DNA of 36,120 bases, taken from a virus. The notes below the pieces were generated by a model. The model was not told the DNA's origin. It was given only the letters and a program-made list of their open reading frames with translations, and did no database searches. The position numbers and the translations under genes were made by a program. Positions 18,146 to 26,149 of the stretch are shown one piece after another (the stretch's first letter is position 1; each line of letters opens with the position of its first letter). The stretch is taken from IMG/VR virus record IMGVR_UViG_3300045988_120383, one strand, 5' to 3'.

Positions 18146-18376
18146 CGACTTTTTTGTTTTTTTATCAAGTCTCGTGTAGATTCCCGCAAGTTTTCTTTTT
18201 TCTGCCTTTATGATATCGTCTTTGCTTTTTTCGTTATAATTTACCCCATCTTTTACCTTTTCCTTTCTTTTCTTCGTTGTCTTTTAACGCATTTACCTAC
18301 ACCCCTTCGCGTGAAATTTCCTGTGTGTTAGATGTATCTCCGACTGTGGTCAGCCGGTTTTTAAAAAATTATGAAT

Positions 18377-18694
18377 TTATGGGGGGAGTTCGCGCAAATC
18401 TCCATCTTTGTCAAATTCATATCGTATAAGTCTCTCTGCTTCTCCATCTTTTGCCCCCTCTTTTTGATGGCAAATATGACAGTCGTACTTTAAATTATTA
18501 ATTCCTAGCGTTATGTTTACGTCGTTGATATTCTCCGGCGTCAGCTCGATTTTGTGATGTACAATATATCCTGGCCGTTCTCTGCATGTTTCGCATAACC
18601 CGCCGTCGATTGCTCTCCTCTTTGCTATATATGCTTCTCTGCATTTCTTCCATTTTTGGGAGCTGTAGAAGCTTCTTGCAAATTCTTTTGCCAT
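18377..18694 (-). CDS. HNH endonuclease (packaging-associated)
   Basis: 105 aa with CETCRERPGYIVHHKIELTPENINDVNITLGINNLKYDCHICH (C..C...HH...N...C..CH). It lies directly upstream of terS, as in cos-type HK97-like phages. Confidence 0.85.
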   Translation of the reverse strand: MAKEFARSFYSSQKWKKCREAYIAKRRAIDGGLCETCRERPGYIVHHKIELTPENINDVNITLGINNLKYDCHICHQKEGAKDGEAERLIRYEFDKDGDLRELPP

Positions 18695-18765
18695 TCTCGT
18701 TTTCCCTCTTTCTTTGTATGCAAAAAGCAGCCGACTTTCGCCTGCTGCCCTTTGTGTTTCTCTGT

Positions 18766-19000
18766 TTACTTTTCTTCAATTCTTTTATCTGCTAATTCTC
18801 GGAATACTTCCGATAATTCTTCGCACTCTTCTTTGGTTAAATCATGTCCGAAACAATAGTCGCAACATTCCACCAGTGTGATGTTTTCTCCGTTCCATTC
18901 CAGCGAAAATACTCTGTCTTTTTTCTCCCAGTTGTTTTAAAAGTTGCTCATGCTTTTTAACTACCTCTTTATCTTTGTATTGATCGTAATTGCAAAACAT
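18766..19000 (-). pseudogene. Small Cys-rich protein gene split by a frame break in an A6 run
   Basis: ATG at 19000 gives MFCNYDQYKDKEVVKKHEQLLKQLGEK. After the A6 run (18919..18924) the +1 frame continues as KDRVFSLEWNGENITLVECCDYCFGHDLTKEECEELSEVFRELADKRIEEK* to 18766. The ORF-track frame ends in low-quality sequence at 18842. Confidence 0.5.
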
Positions 19001-19028
19001 GTCATCACTCTCTTTCAAAATAGTTTTC

Positions 19029-19057
19029 AAAAAAAGGACACCCTTTCGGATGTCCTT
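19029..19057 (-). terminator. Rho-independent terminator after the late-regulator gene
   Basis: The - strand reads aaggacatcc-gaaa-gggtgtcctt followed by a run of T residues. Confidence 0.7.
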
Positions 19058-19156
19058 GCGCGTTGTTTTGAGGGGGTTGTTTCCCTCTTTGTCTTTTAAT
19101 TCAGTTTATACTATATCACATTTGCGAGTCTCACGGAGTCTCATTTTATAAAATTT

Positions 19157-19576
19157 CTATAAAATTTCAAAGTTTTCCAGTGCACTATCGTATATTCTGT
19201 ATAGTTTTGCCTTACTTACTCCCATTTTTCGTTGTATCGCTTTATTGTTTTCTCTAAGTAAATAGTACCTTGTAAGCGCTTCTTTTTCTTGTTCATCATT
19301 CATTTTGTTTATTGCTTTCCTGATGCGTTCGTACTGGATCACGCTTTCAACCCATTCTTTTTTTAACTCCTCCATGAGACTTTCGATTTTTGTGTAGTAA
19401 TCTGATAGATCCTTTCGACTGCTGCCCCGTGGCATCCCATCACCTTGCAGCGTTGGAAACATCGTGTCGAGTCTTAGCTGTTGCATTTGATCTTTTATTA
19501 GAGCTTCTCTGTTCTTTGTTTTTATGTATCCCTTGAGGTATTCTTTTTTCTGTTCGATCTCTTCCCATTTCTGCAT
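19157..19576 (-). CDS. Late-gene transcriptional regulator (ArpU/RinA/sigma-70 region-4-like)
   Basis: 139 aa. The C-terminal HTH region is EKEALTRYYLLRENNKAIQRKMGVSKAKLYRIYDSALENF. Position immediately upstream of the packaging genes is typical. Confidence 0.6.
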   Translation of the reverse strand: MQKWEEIEQKKEYLKGYIKTKNREALIKDQMQQLRLDTMFPTLQGDGMPRGSSRKDLSDYYTKIESLMEELKKEWVESVIQYERIRKAINKMNDEQEKEALTRYYLLRENNKAIQRKMGVSKAKLYRIYDSALENFEIL

Positions 19577-19708
19577 TATTATTACCTCTCGTTCTTCTCC
19601 AGTATTCCAGTACGGTTTCTTTTCTCAACTGCTGCCCCTGCGCTCGGATCAACGCGGCGGTACTTGGTTCGTTTGTTTTGTTCAATGTATCACACTCCTA
19701 AATTTTAA

Positions 19709-20230
19709 TTACTTGTTGTTCCAAAAGTCTTCCATTTCCTGTTGCGTGTTCTTGTGTTCCTTTTCGTGTTTTTTCGGTTTGTACGATTCTGGAAGTGGTT
19801 GCCATGCTATTACTTTCCGCTTCACAAGTCTATCCTCCTTTTCACACCTCCATTTTCCATCAATCGTATAAGATGTTCCGGATTTTCTTGTTCCGTCCTC
19901 CAACTCATATGTTATATTTACTTCTTCAGAATTCTTTTCCCACATAGCATTCGACCATTTATTTGTGTCTTTAAATTTTTTAAATGTAGAATCTGTTTCT
20001 TCCGGCAATCTCTCTTCTACCGGAATCCAACCATCATTAATGCTGGAATCAATGATTTTTGCGATTATAACAATCTCCTCCAAAGCTCCTTGATTTCTTG
20101 CCACATCTGTAATAGTCCCCATTTTTTTCTCATATCTCACAAGTGCTTTTCTATAGTCCACTCTTTTTTCTATCTCTTCCAAAATCTTCTCTAGAGCGTG
20201 TTTGAAAAATAAAAATTGCACAAAACGCAT
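19709..20230 (-). CDS. DUF551-like early protein; native 5' end severed by the IS, and the current ORF starts inside the IS end
   Basis: GWIPVEERLPEE is a DUF551-like motif. The first 12 codons (MRFVQFLFFKHA) are IS-derived. The native ATG-AAC-GTA lies at 21084..21076, on the other side of the IS. Confidence 0.55.
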   Translation of the reverse strand: MRFVQFLFFKHALEKILEEIEKRVDYRKALVRYEKKMGTITDVARNQGALEEIVIIAKIIDSSINDGWIPVEERLPEETDSTFKKFKDTNKWSNAMWEKNSEEVNITYELEDGTRKSGTSYTIDGKWRCEKEDRLVKRKVIAWQPLPESYKPKKHEKEHKNTQQEMEDFWNNK

Positions 20231-20270
20231 GTTTCATTTCCCTTTTTCATGATAAAATAAAGAAAAAGGG

Positions 20271-21043
20271 GTGTTCACTATGTTGAGACGATATGAGTTA
20301 ACAGATGAAGAATGGAACCGTATTGTACCATTACTCCCTCCTGAAAATACAGGAAAGCAGGGACGTCCACGAAAAGATAACCGCATCATTCTTAATGGGA
20401 TGGTCTGGTTAGCACGCAGTGGTGCACCCTGGCGAGATCTTCCAGAACGTTATGGTTCCTGGCAAACTGTATATAGTCGTTTTCGTAAATGGATTGATGA
20501 CGGGATTCTGGATAATATTTTTCGCATTCTAAGCCTGGAGGCTGAACTGGAAGAATTATCTATAGACGCTTCCATTGTTCAGGCTCACCAACATAGCGCA
20601 GGTGCTAAAAAAAGGGGGCCTCGAATGAAATCGGACACAGCCGTGGAGGAGCCAGTACCAAAATCCATGCAATAGTAGATTCTTATGGCTATCCAGTGTA
20701 CTTTATGATCAGTGGAGGGCAGCGTAATGATATCAATTATGCAATTCCTTTACTGGATCATATCGAAATAGATGGAAGCAAAGTTCTGGCAGACCGTGGA
20801 TACGACAGTAATCAATTGATAGATTACATTTACGATCATGGCGGTGAACCAACCATTCCATCCCGCCGAGGAGCTAAATTTGAACGTCGCTGCGATTGGT
20901 GGTTTTATAAGGAAAGACATCTGGTCGAAAATTACTTTCTGAAATTGAAAGCATTTCGCCGAATAGCAACACGTTATGATAAATTAGCATTCACCTACTT
21001 AGGCTTCTTATGTATTGTCTCGATATTAATTTGTTTAAAATGA
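20271..21043 (+). CDS. IS5-family DDE transposase (orfA-orfB fusion through a -1 shift at an A7G run)
   Basis: orfA is MLRRYELTDEEWNRIVPLLPP...GRPRKDNRIILNGMVWLARSGAPWRDLPERYGSWQTVYSRFRKW. A -1 shift at 20607..20614 yields ...GHSRGGASTKIHAIVDSYGYPVYFMISGGQRND...ADRGYDS...ATRYDKL. Confidence 0.85.
20607..20614 (+). promoter_or_regulatory. A7G slippery run for transposase frameshifting or transcriptional slippage
   Basis: The sequence is GCT AAA AAA AGG. orfB (frame 2) is -1 relative to orfA (frame 0). Confidence 0.6.
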
Positions 21044-21080
21044 ACAACTTAAAATGTTTTTCAAACACGCTCTAGTACGT

Positions 21081-21497
21081 TCATAATATCGACTCACCTC
21101 TCAATGCCTTTTCGTTTCTTAACCTATGCCATAGTGCAACACCACTGTTATCTGTGTCGATTTCATTTTTCCATTTATCCCAATTTGCCGGAATAAATTC
21201 ATCCCACTCTTTGTCTGGTAAGGAAATAGAAAGACTGTCTCTAGCTTTATCATCAACATTGAGAGGCGGTTTCCACAGATTTATGTAATATATTTCGTAT
21301 AGATTCATATCCGCTTCCGTCTCAAACATTGTGTATTCTATTTTTGTAACATTATGTATGTCAATCGCCCGGTGCATGGGCTTTGCAAACATATGCCCTC
21401 TTATCCGCGCCTGCAGCGGTTGTTTTGTTCTTCCAAGGTATGCCAGACAGTTTCCATACCAAATTCTGTATAAAATAAAACCTTTTGGACTTGCCAT
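21081..21497 (-). CDS. GIY-YIG-like nuclease domain protein
   Basis: ATG at 21497 (RBS GAGGTGGAG, TGATG overlap). FILYRIWYGNCLAYLGRTKQPLQARIRGH...EIYYINLWKPPLN resembles GIY-x(n)-YIG...R...H...E...N. Confidence 0.5.
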   Translation of the reverse strand: MASPKGFILYRIWYGNCLAYLGRTKQPLQARIRGHMFAKPMHRAIDIHNVTKIEYTMFETEADMNLYEIYYINLWKPPLNVDDKARDSLSISLPDKEWDEFIPANWDKWKNEIDTDNSGVALWHRLRNEKALRGESIL

Positions 21498-21667
21498 CAC
21501 TCCACCTCTAAATCCCCTTTTATCAACCTGTTATATGTCCAATCAAGCAACATAATCAAATCCGCCTTAGTTGTACCGTTATGCGTTTCAAGTGCCAATT
21601 CTTCCTTTACAATTCGCAGCTTTTCTTTATCGCTGCAATCACAAAAACCTTGTCTGTTATACTTCAT
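21497..21667 (-). CDS. Small hypothetical protein (56 aa; not in the ORF track)
   Basis: MKYNRQGFCDCSDKEKLRIVKEELALETHNGTTKADLIMLLDWTYNRLIKGDLEVE. RBS GGAGGTGGAG, with stop/start overlaps at both ends. Confidence 0.5.
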   Translation of the reverse strand: MKYNRQGFCDCSDKEKLRIVKEELALETHNGTTKADLIMLLDWTYNRLIKGDLEVE

Positions 21668-22083
21668 CACTCCACCTCCAACAAATCTGCATTATCAAAA
21701 ATGTTGCCGATTACTTCAACACAGTTCCTTTCACATACATAAAAACCAAGATTGCAGGCGTCTGTGTGCATCTCTTTTCCAAATACATAACTGTAATCTA
21801 ACTGCCAATCTCCTTTATTGTATGTCACGATTTCAGGATATTTTTCTTTTCTATTGCAGATATCATTCTCCCAAATCTTATTACCGTTCTTGTCAGTAAG
21901 TCCTGTGTACTGGCAGATGGTGCCGGGGTCGATTTCAATCCATTCATTTTCTCTTTCATCAAAACCTATTTCTTTATTTAGGATCGGAAGCATATAGCGG
22001 CGTTTCCTGCAATAAACATAATATCCTTCCACCCATTCACCATTATCTTTTCTCTTTGCTTTAAAAAGTATTTGTCTATTCAT
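21667..22083 (-). CDS. YopX family protein
   Basis: ILFKAKRKDNGEWVEGYY...ICQYTGLTDKNGNKIWENDI...EVIGNIFDNADLLE is the hallmark YopX pattern. Confidence 0.85.
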   Translation of the reverse strand: MNRQILFKAKRKDNGEWVEGYYVYCRKRRYMLPILNKEIGFDERENEWIEIDPGTICQYTGLTDKNGNKIWENDICNRKEKYPEIVTYNKGDWQLDYSYVFGKEMHTDACNLGFYVCERNCVEVIGNIFDNADLLEVE

Positions 22084-22173
22084 CTTCTACCTCATTAAAA
22101 CTCTAATCTAATTCCCGTATATTCCAGATGTTGTATTCATATGTGTCATGTTCTGCAATTTCTTCTTCGCCCC

Positions 22174-22557
22174 TTACTTGTTCTCTCTGATCCCTAGCTC
22201 AATCCCTAGTTCCTTTTTGATTATTTTTATGTAATCATTCCAACTTGCCATGTCATCCATGATGCATTCCGCTTTTTTGTTAAATCGCCTGATAAATCGG
22301 TCACATCTTTGTGTTCCGAAGCCGAACTCGTCATGTAGGGTCGCTACGGAAAGGATTGTTACTGTATCCACTGTCTGTTCTTTGATCTTGATTGTCGCTC
22401 TGTTAATATCTTTTTTTGCTAAGGCGGTGCGGATTCCAGTGATGTTCCTGAATTCGATTTCTTTTTCCAGTGCTTCGACACCCTCATTTTTGACGATTTC
22501 GAGTGCCATTAATAACCCGTCTTCCCGCCCTGTTATGTAATCGTTTCTTTTCGCCAT
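22174..22557 (-). CDS. Hypothetical early protein
   Basis: 127-aa ORF, co-oriented with its neighbours. No motif recognised. Confidence 0.5.
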   Translation of the reverse strand: MAKRNDYITGREDGLLMALEIVKNEGVEALEKEIEFRNITGIRTALAKKDINRATIKIKEQTVDTVTILSVATLHDEFGFGTQRCDRFIRRFNKKAECIMDDMASWNDYIKIIKKELGIELGIRENK

Positions 22558-22662
22558 TGTTTTTCCTCTTTTTTATCCTTTTTTCAAGATGTCAAAAATT
22601 CCACTTTAAAACAGTAATTACTGTTTGTAGCGGGTTTTTGATTGATCCTTTTTTCTATCCTT

Positions 22663-22818
22663 TTATACTATAATCTCTTCGGCGCTTATGCAGTATTTGT
22701 GATGCAGCTCTTTCCCGGATCTGTAATAAAGATCGCCTGTTTCGGCGCTCCATCCCCAATCAGTCACGTTATAAACGGTCTTGATGCCTGTTTTTGTTTT
22801 AATTTTTAAAATCCTCAC
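22663..22818 (-). CDS. Small hypothetical protein (51 aa)
   Basis: GTG at 22818 preceded by AAGGAGAAAAAC. The longer ORF-track start at 22905 lacks an RBS. Confidence 0.45.
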   Translation of the reverse strand: MRILKIKTKTGIKTVYNVTDWGWSAETGDLYYRSGKELHHKYCISAEEIIV

Positions 22819-22917
22819 GTTTTTCTCCTTTCTCCCGCCGCATAAAACGGCGGGGAAACCTGTATTTACTGGTTGCGCGTGACATTTTATATGTATCATC
22901 GCCATACGGCGGAGGTA

Positions 22918-23283
22918 CTAAAGATAGTTCTTTCTTGCGATCCGCTCCCATTCTTTTCGGGTGTGGGTCTTTTCAAATTCTATTTGTGCGATTTTACAGA
23001 GCAGCTCTCTTGTTTCCCGGCTGTTGTGTACCGCCTGCTGCCCCGTCCGATGATGCTCAATGCATAGGTCTACTTTTAACCCGTTTTCTTCAGATATCGC
23101 TCTTTGTCCTGCCCCGAACAGGATATGATGCTCTTCCGTCTGCTTTACGGAATAGTCACCATTTAACCGGGCGCATAAGTAGCAAATGCCCTTTTGACTG
23201 TTTAAAATGCTTTTTTTGTGGATTTTCCGTTTTTTCTTCTTTCCCGTCTTCGGGAAAGCCATGTCCGAATAGTCAATGCTCAT
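22918..23283 (-). CDS. Zinc-finger HNH/NinG(Rap)-like nuclease candidate
   Basis: 121 aa with a basic N-terminus (KTGKKKKRKIHKK). CYLCARL...TEEHHILFG...LCIEHHRTGQQAVHN gives a C..C/HH/C..HH pattern. Confidence 0.4.
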   Translation of the reverse strand: MSIDYSDMAFPKTGKKKKRKIHKKSILNSQKGICYLCARLNGDYSVKQTEEHHILFGAGQRAISEENGLKVDLCIEHHRTGQQAVHNSRETRELLCKIAQIEFEKTHTRKEWERIARKNYL

Positions 23284-24637
23284 CTTCTGTCTCCTGTGTG
23301 TATAATTCGTGAGTTCCGTTTAGGATCTTCAGTTCTTCCAGTGATTGAAACGAGAACCCCATCTGCTGAAGTAATCTATAGAAGTCTCTTAGGCATTTCA
23401 TCCCTTTTTTGTAGTGTCCGTAATAGTCGGTTGCTTCGTACGGCTCTGCCGTCCGGGTCAAGAGGATCAGCATTTGCTTTTCTTGGCTTATTTCTGCAAA
23501 TTCTTTTTCGATCCGTTCTTTTTCTTCTTTCGCTTCGTATACTTTTTCGATCCCGTAAAATTCATACACTGCATTCATGTGTGCTACGCTTCCGCCGTCC
23601 GTTATCCGGTTTATCATGATCTTCCATCCTGTTTCTTTTACGTTGACTTCTTTGGGTATCGTGATTTTTCCCGACACAAGTTCTTTGATAAAATCGTCCC
23701 TTTCCCTTCTCATTCTTTTCAGGATTTCCGTTATTTTTCTTTTGTTTTCCTTGATTTTCTCCGTTTTCTTTTCCTGCTCCGTTTTCTTTTCCTGCTCCGT
23801 TTTTTTCTTGCTCTTTTGTATTACTTTTTTTACTACATAGATCCTATCGTAGTATTGATAATAATAGAGCTGATCTTTTGTATCTTGCAGATTGATTTTT
23901 GTTTGATCCTCCCACCGTGACAGATCAATATTTGTTATCTCTTTCCATTTCCCGGTCCATCTTTCTTCTTTTGCTTTTTCGGGTGCGACTTTTACTCCTT
24001 TTTCTTCCAGCATTTCAAACACTATTTGAGCGTTTTTCTTTATTTTTTCTTCTTTTACGGCTTGTTTTGCTTTCCATGCGATTTCGCGCGACGACGCGGC
24101 AGTCTTAAGGATTTCATTTCTTTTTTCAACGTCTTGTACCTTCTCCAGTTCGTAAAGGTCCGTTAATGTGAGTTGGAAGTCCTTATTTTCTTCGCGATTC
24201 GTGAGCATTTCCTGATCCAGTTTTGCAAGATTTAGCCTATGCCGCACTGTACTTTTGCTAAATCCGGTCTTTTCCGCGATTGTTGTTTCTGTTTCTCCTA
24301 AGTCCAACATCAGCTGGAATCCTTGTGCTTGCTCGCTTACTGATAGATCGCTGCGCTGCATGTTTTCCAACAGCATCGTTGATATTTGCTCTTTTTCTGT
24401 CATGTCTACAACAGAACAGGGCATTGTTTTCAATCCCGCTTTTCTCGCTGCCGTCAGTCTTCGGTTTCCGATTACTACAAGATAGTGGTCTTTTTTGTCC
24501 GGGTTTGGTACTACAGTCAAATTTTGCATTACGCCACGAGCTTTTATGCTTTCCGCCAGCTCGTCAATGTCGGTGTATACTTTCCGCACGTTCTGCGGGT
24601 GTATGTCTAACTGTTCGATTGCAATATCTTGTATCAT
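23273..24637 (-). CDS. ParB/Srx-domain protein (ParB-like nuclease / partition-like DNA-binding protein)
   Basis: ATG at 24637 (RBS AAAGGAGAG, ATGA overlap). IEQLDIHPQNVRKVY...LAESIKARGVMQNLTVV...VVIGNRRLTAARKAGL is the ParB N-terminal signature, followed by an HTH (TIAEKTGFSKSTVRHRL). Confidence 0.8.
   Translation of the reverse strand: MIQDIAIEQLDIHPQNVRKVYTDIDELAESIKARGVMQNLTVVPNPDKKDHYLVVIGNRRLTAARKAGLKTMPCSVVDMTEKEQISTMLLENMQRSDLSVSEQAQGFQLMLDLGETETTIAEKTGFSKSTVRHRLNLAKLDQEMLTNREENKDFQLTLTDLYELEKVQDVEKRNEILKTAASSREIAWKAKQAVKEEKIKKNAQIVFEMLEEKGVKVAPEKAKEERWTGKWKEITNIDLSRWEDQTKINLQDTKDQLYYYQYYDRIYVVKKVIQKSKKKTEQEKKTEQEKKTEKIKENKRKITEILKRMRRERDDFIKELVSGKITIPKEVNVKETGWKIMINRITDGGSVAHMNAVYEFYGIEKVYEAKEEKERIEKEFAEISQEKQMLILLTRTAEPYEATDYYGHYKKGMKCLRDFYRLLQQMGFSFQSLEELKILNGTHELYTQETEDEH
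23759..23808. repeat. 18-bp tandem repeat (about 2.7 units) inside the ParB-like gene
   Basis: ctccgttttcttttcctg occurs twice plus a partial copy. It encodes KKTEQEKKTEQEKKTEK. Confidence 0.8.
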
Positions 24638-24894
24638 ATCTGCTCTCCTTTCAGTAATTTTTCCACTTCCCACCAATTAAATGATCTTTTGATCCCGTAG
24701 GGGTTTTCAAAAAGTGCGTGATGCGGGAACGTCTTTAAAAAGCGCATCCGTTTCTTGATGACGGTGTGTCTTTCGCTTCTTTCCGCCTGCTGCCTGAAGT
24801 TTAGTGTGTATATCTTTCCTTCAACAAGTCTTAGGCGGTTGCCGATGTATTCTCTTGCGTTTTTCGCGCATCTTGCTTCTTTCGTAATTCTCAT
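24634..24894 (-). CDS. Hypothetical early protein
   Basis: 86-aa ORF, translationally coupled on both sides. Confidence 0.5.
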   Translation of the reverse strand: MRITKEARCAKNAREYIGNRLRLVEGKIYTLNFRQQAERSERHTVIKKRMRFLKTFPHHALFENPYGIKRSFNWWEVEKLLKGEQI

Positions 24895-25320
24895 TTATAA
24901 CAGTTCCTCTCTTAACAATCCCTGATAATCGTTGCTGTCGCAAAAGCGAAATTCCGTTTCGTGTTTCTCCGCTTCCTCAAGATACATTTGCCACAATTCT
25001 CTGTTTTGCACTTCCGCACCTGTGGCTTTTTTCCACTCGGATCGCCGCCACTTCTCCGGCGCGTCTTGCTCTGATATGTTTTTGATGTAAGCGTTATCCG
25101 TGTGAATTACAACATGGCACTGCTCTTTTAATTTTTGCAAGGATTTTATGATTGCGATCAGCGTCAATCTGTTGTAAGTAGATTCGCATTCTTCTCCGCT
25201 AATGATCCGGTACGCTTCGTCTCCGCTTGACCTAGTAAATACTAGGGCAGAGGCGTATTTCCCGTCTTTTACGACGGGGGATTTTATGGTGGTTTCTATG
25301 TAGATATTTACTGTTTTCAT
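24895..25320 (-). CDS. RNase HI-like protein with a non-canonical active site
   Basis: It aligns by eye to E. coli RNase HI. VNIYIETT corresponds to VEIFTDGS, TYNRLTLIAII to TNNRMELMAAI, VVIHTDNAYI to VILSTDSQYV, and VQNRELWQ to VKNVDLWQ. Confidence 0.6.
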   Translation of the reverse strand: MKTVNIYIETTIKSPVVKDGKYASALVFTRSSGDEAYRIISGEECESTYNRLTLIAIIKSLQKLKEQCHVVIHTDNAYIKNISEQDAPEKWRRSEWKKATGAEVQNRELWQMYLEEAEKHETEFRFCDSNDYQGLLREELL

Positions 25321-25321
25321 T

Positions 25322-26083
25322 TTAAATCCTCCTGTGGATTCTGATTAGTGTGTATCTGCGGTATCTCATCCCCGTAGCCGGGTTGATCCCCTCGTAACTG
25401 TTTGCGATGTAATAGCCTTTTTTGGGTTTTACTTCTTTTTGCCAGCGTACAAGTTTTTGGGATTTTGGTTCGGGTAACGGCATATTTTTCGCATGGTTGT
25501 AGCTCGTTTCTTTTAGTCGCGGTTTTCCTTTGCTTCCGTCCGATTTCTTCTCTCTTGTCTTTTCGTTTTTTGTCATATAATTTGCCAGTTTTGTAAAATC
25601 CTCATCGTAAAACCGGCTTTTTTTGATCTGCGTAATATAGACTGCTCCGTGTTCCCACGCGTCTTCGATCCATTCTGCCGCCCCTGATGTCTTTTTAATG
25701 ACTAGATGGATGTGCCATGCTCCCTTTGTCCCCCGCTCTATGTTTCTGATCCAGTAAAACGGAGTGTTTGCCTTTTTATATTTCGGACGGAGCTTTCGGA
25801 GTGCTTTTTGCAAGTCTTTTAGTGCCGCTGTCATGTCTTTCGGTCTTTGCTCGACTTTGTAGGTGTATGTTACAAAGTAGTCTCCTGTGTCAAAGTATTC
25901 GATTAGCAATCGTCTGCATATCTTTGCTCGGTTGGCTTGGTTGACTGCCGCCATCTGTTCCGGCGTCGGTTTCTTTTTCTTTTGCCGTGCCTTTCCTTTT
26001 GCTCCATATCTTCCGTCTGGATATTCCTCTACGTCGTAGACGTCTCCGCCCCGTAATTTGTACGTTTTTCTCCGTGTTGCCAT
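25322..26083 (-). CDS. HUH-superfamily rolling-circle replication initiator (Rep)
   Basis: Motif 1 is YFVTYTY, motif 2 is AWHIHLVI (HUH) and motif 3 is LANYMTKN (Y..K). The N-terminus is basic. Confidence 0.65.
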   Translation of the reverse strand: MATRRKTYKLRGGDVYDVEEYPDGRYGAKGKARQKKKKPTPEQMAAVNQANRAKICRRLLIEYFDTGDYFVTYTYKVEQRPKDMTAALKDLQKALRKLRPKYKKANTPFYWIRNIERGTKGAWHIHLVIKKTSGAAEWIEDAWEHGAVYITQIKKSRFYDEDFTKLANYMTKNEKTREKKSDGSKGKPRLKETSYNHAKNMPLPEPKSQKLVRWQKEVKPKKGYYIANSYEGINPATGMRYRRYTLIRIHRRI

Positions 26084-26126
26084 CTTTTATCTGTCCTAAC
26101 TTTAATATCTTTATCGAGGTTTAAAA

Positions 26127-26140
26127 GCGGGAGTCCCCGC
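26127..26140 (-). terminator. Small attenuator-like hairpin in the rep leader
   Basis: The - strand reads gcggg-gact-cccgc followed by TTTTAAA, about 45 nt upstream of the rep ATG. Confidence 0.3.
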
Positions 26141-26149
26141 GTGTATCGC

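Larger units (their letters stand above)
20191..21075 (+). mobile_element. IS5-family insertion sequence (IS427/IS1031-like), 885 bp including the palindromic CTAG at both ends
   Basis: Perfect 19-bp terminal inverted repeats: ctagagcgtgtttgaaaaa (20191..20209) and tttttcaaacacgctctag (21057..21075). Two overlapping transposase ORFs lie inside. It is the only + strand block in this region. Confidence 0.9.

Noticed and set aside
18498-18779. 93-aa ORF overlapping the HNH gene in another frame.
   Set aside because: It gives a basic low-complexity product and is fully nested against a well-supported HNH gene and the frameshifted Cys-rich gene.
19440-19871. ORFs 19440..19685 (-) and 19524..19871 (+) around the late regulator.
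   Set aside because: They overlap the better-supported ArpU/RinA-like and DUF551-like genes. They have no RBS and a poor composition.
22608-22625. Perfect 18-bp palindrome aaacagtaattactgttt in the 22558..22662 gap, as a terminator.
   Set aside because: It has only a marginal U tract on the - strand and no loop. It could be a protein-binding site, but nothing else in the sequence supports a specific call.
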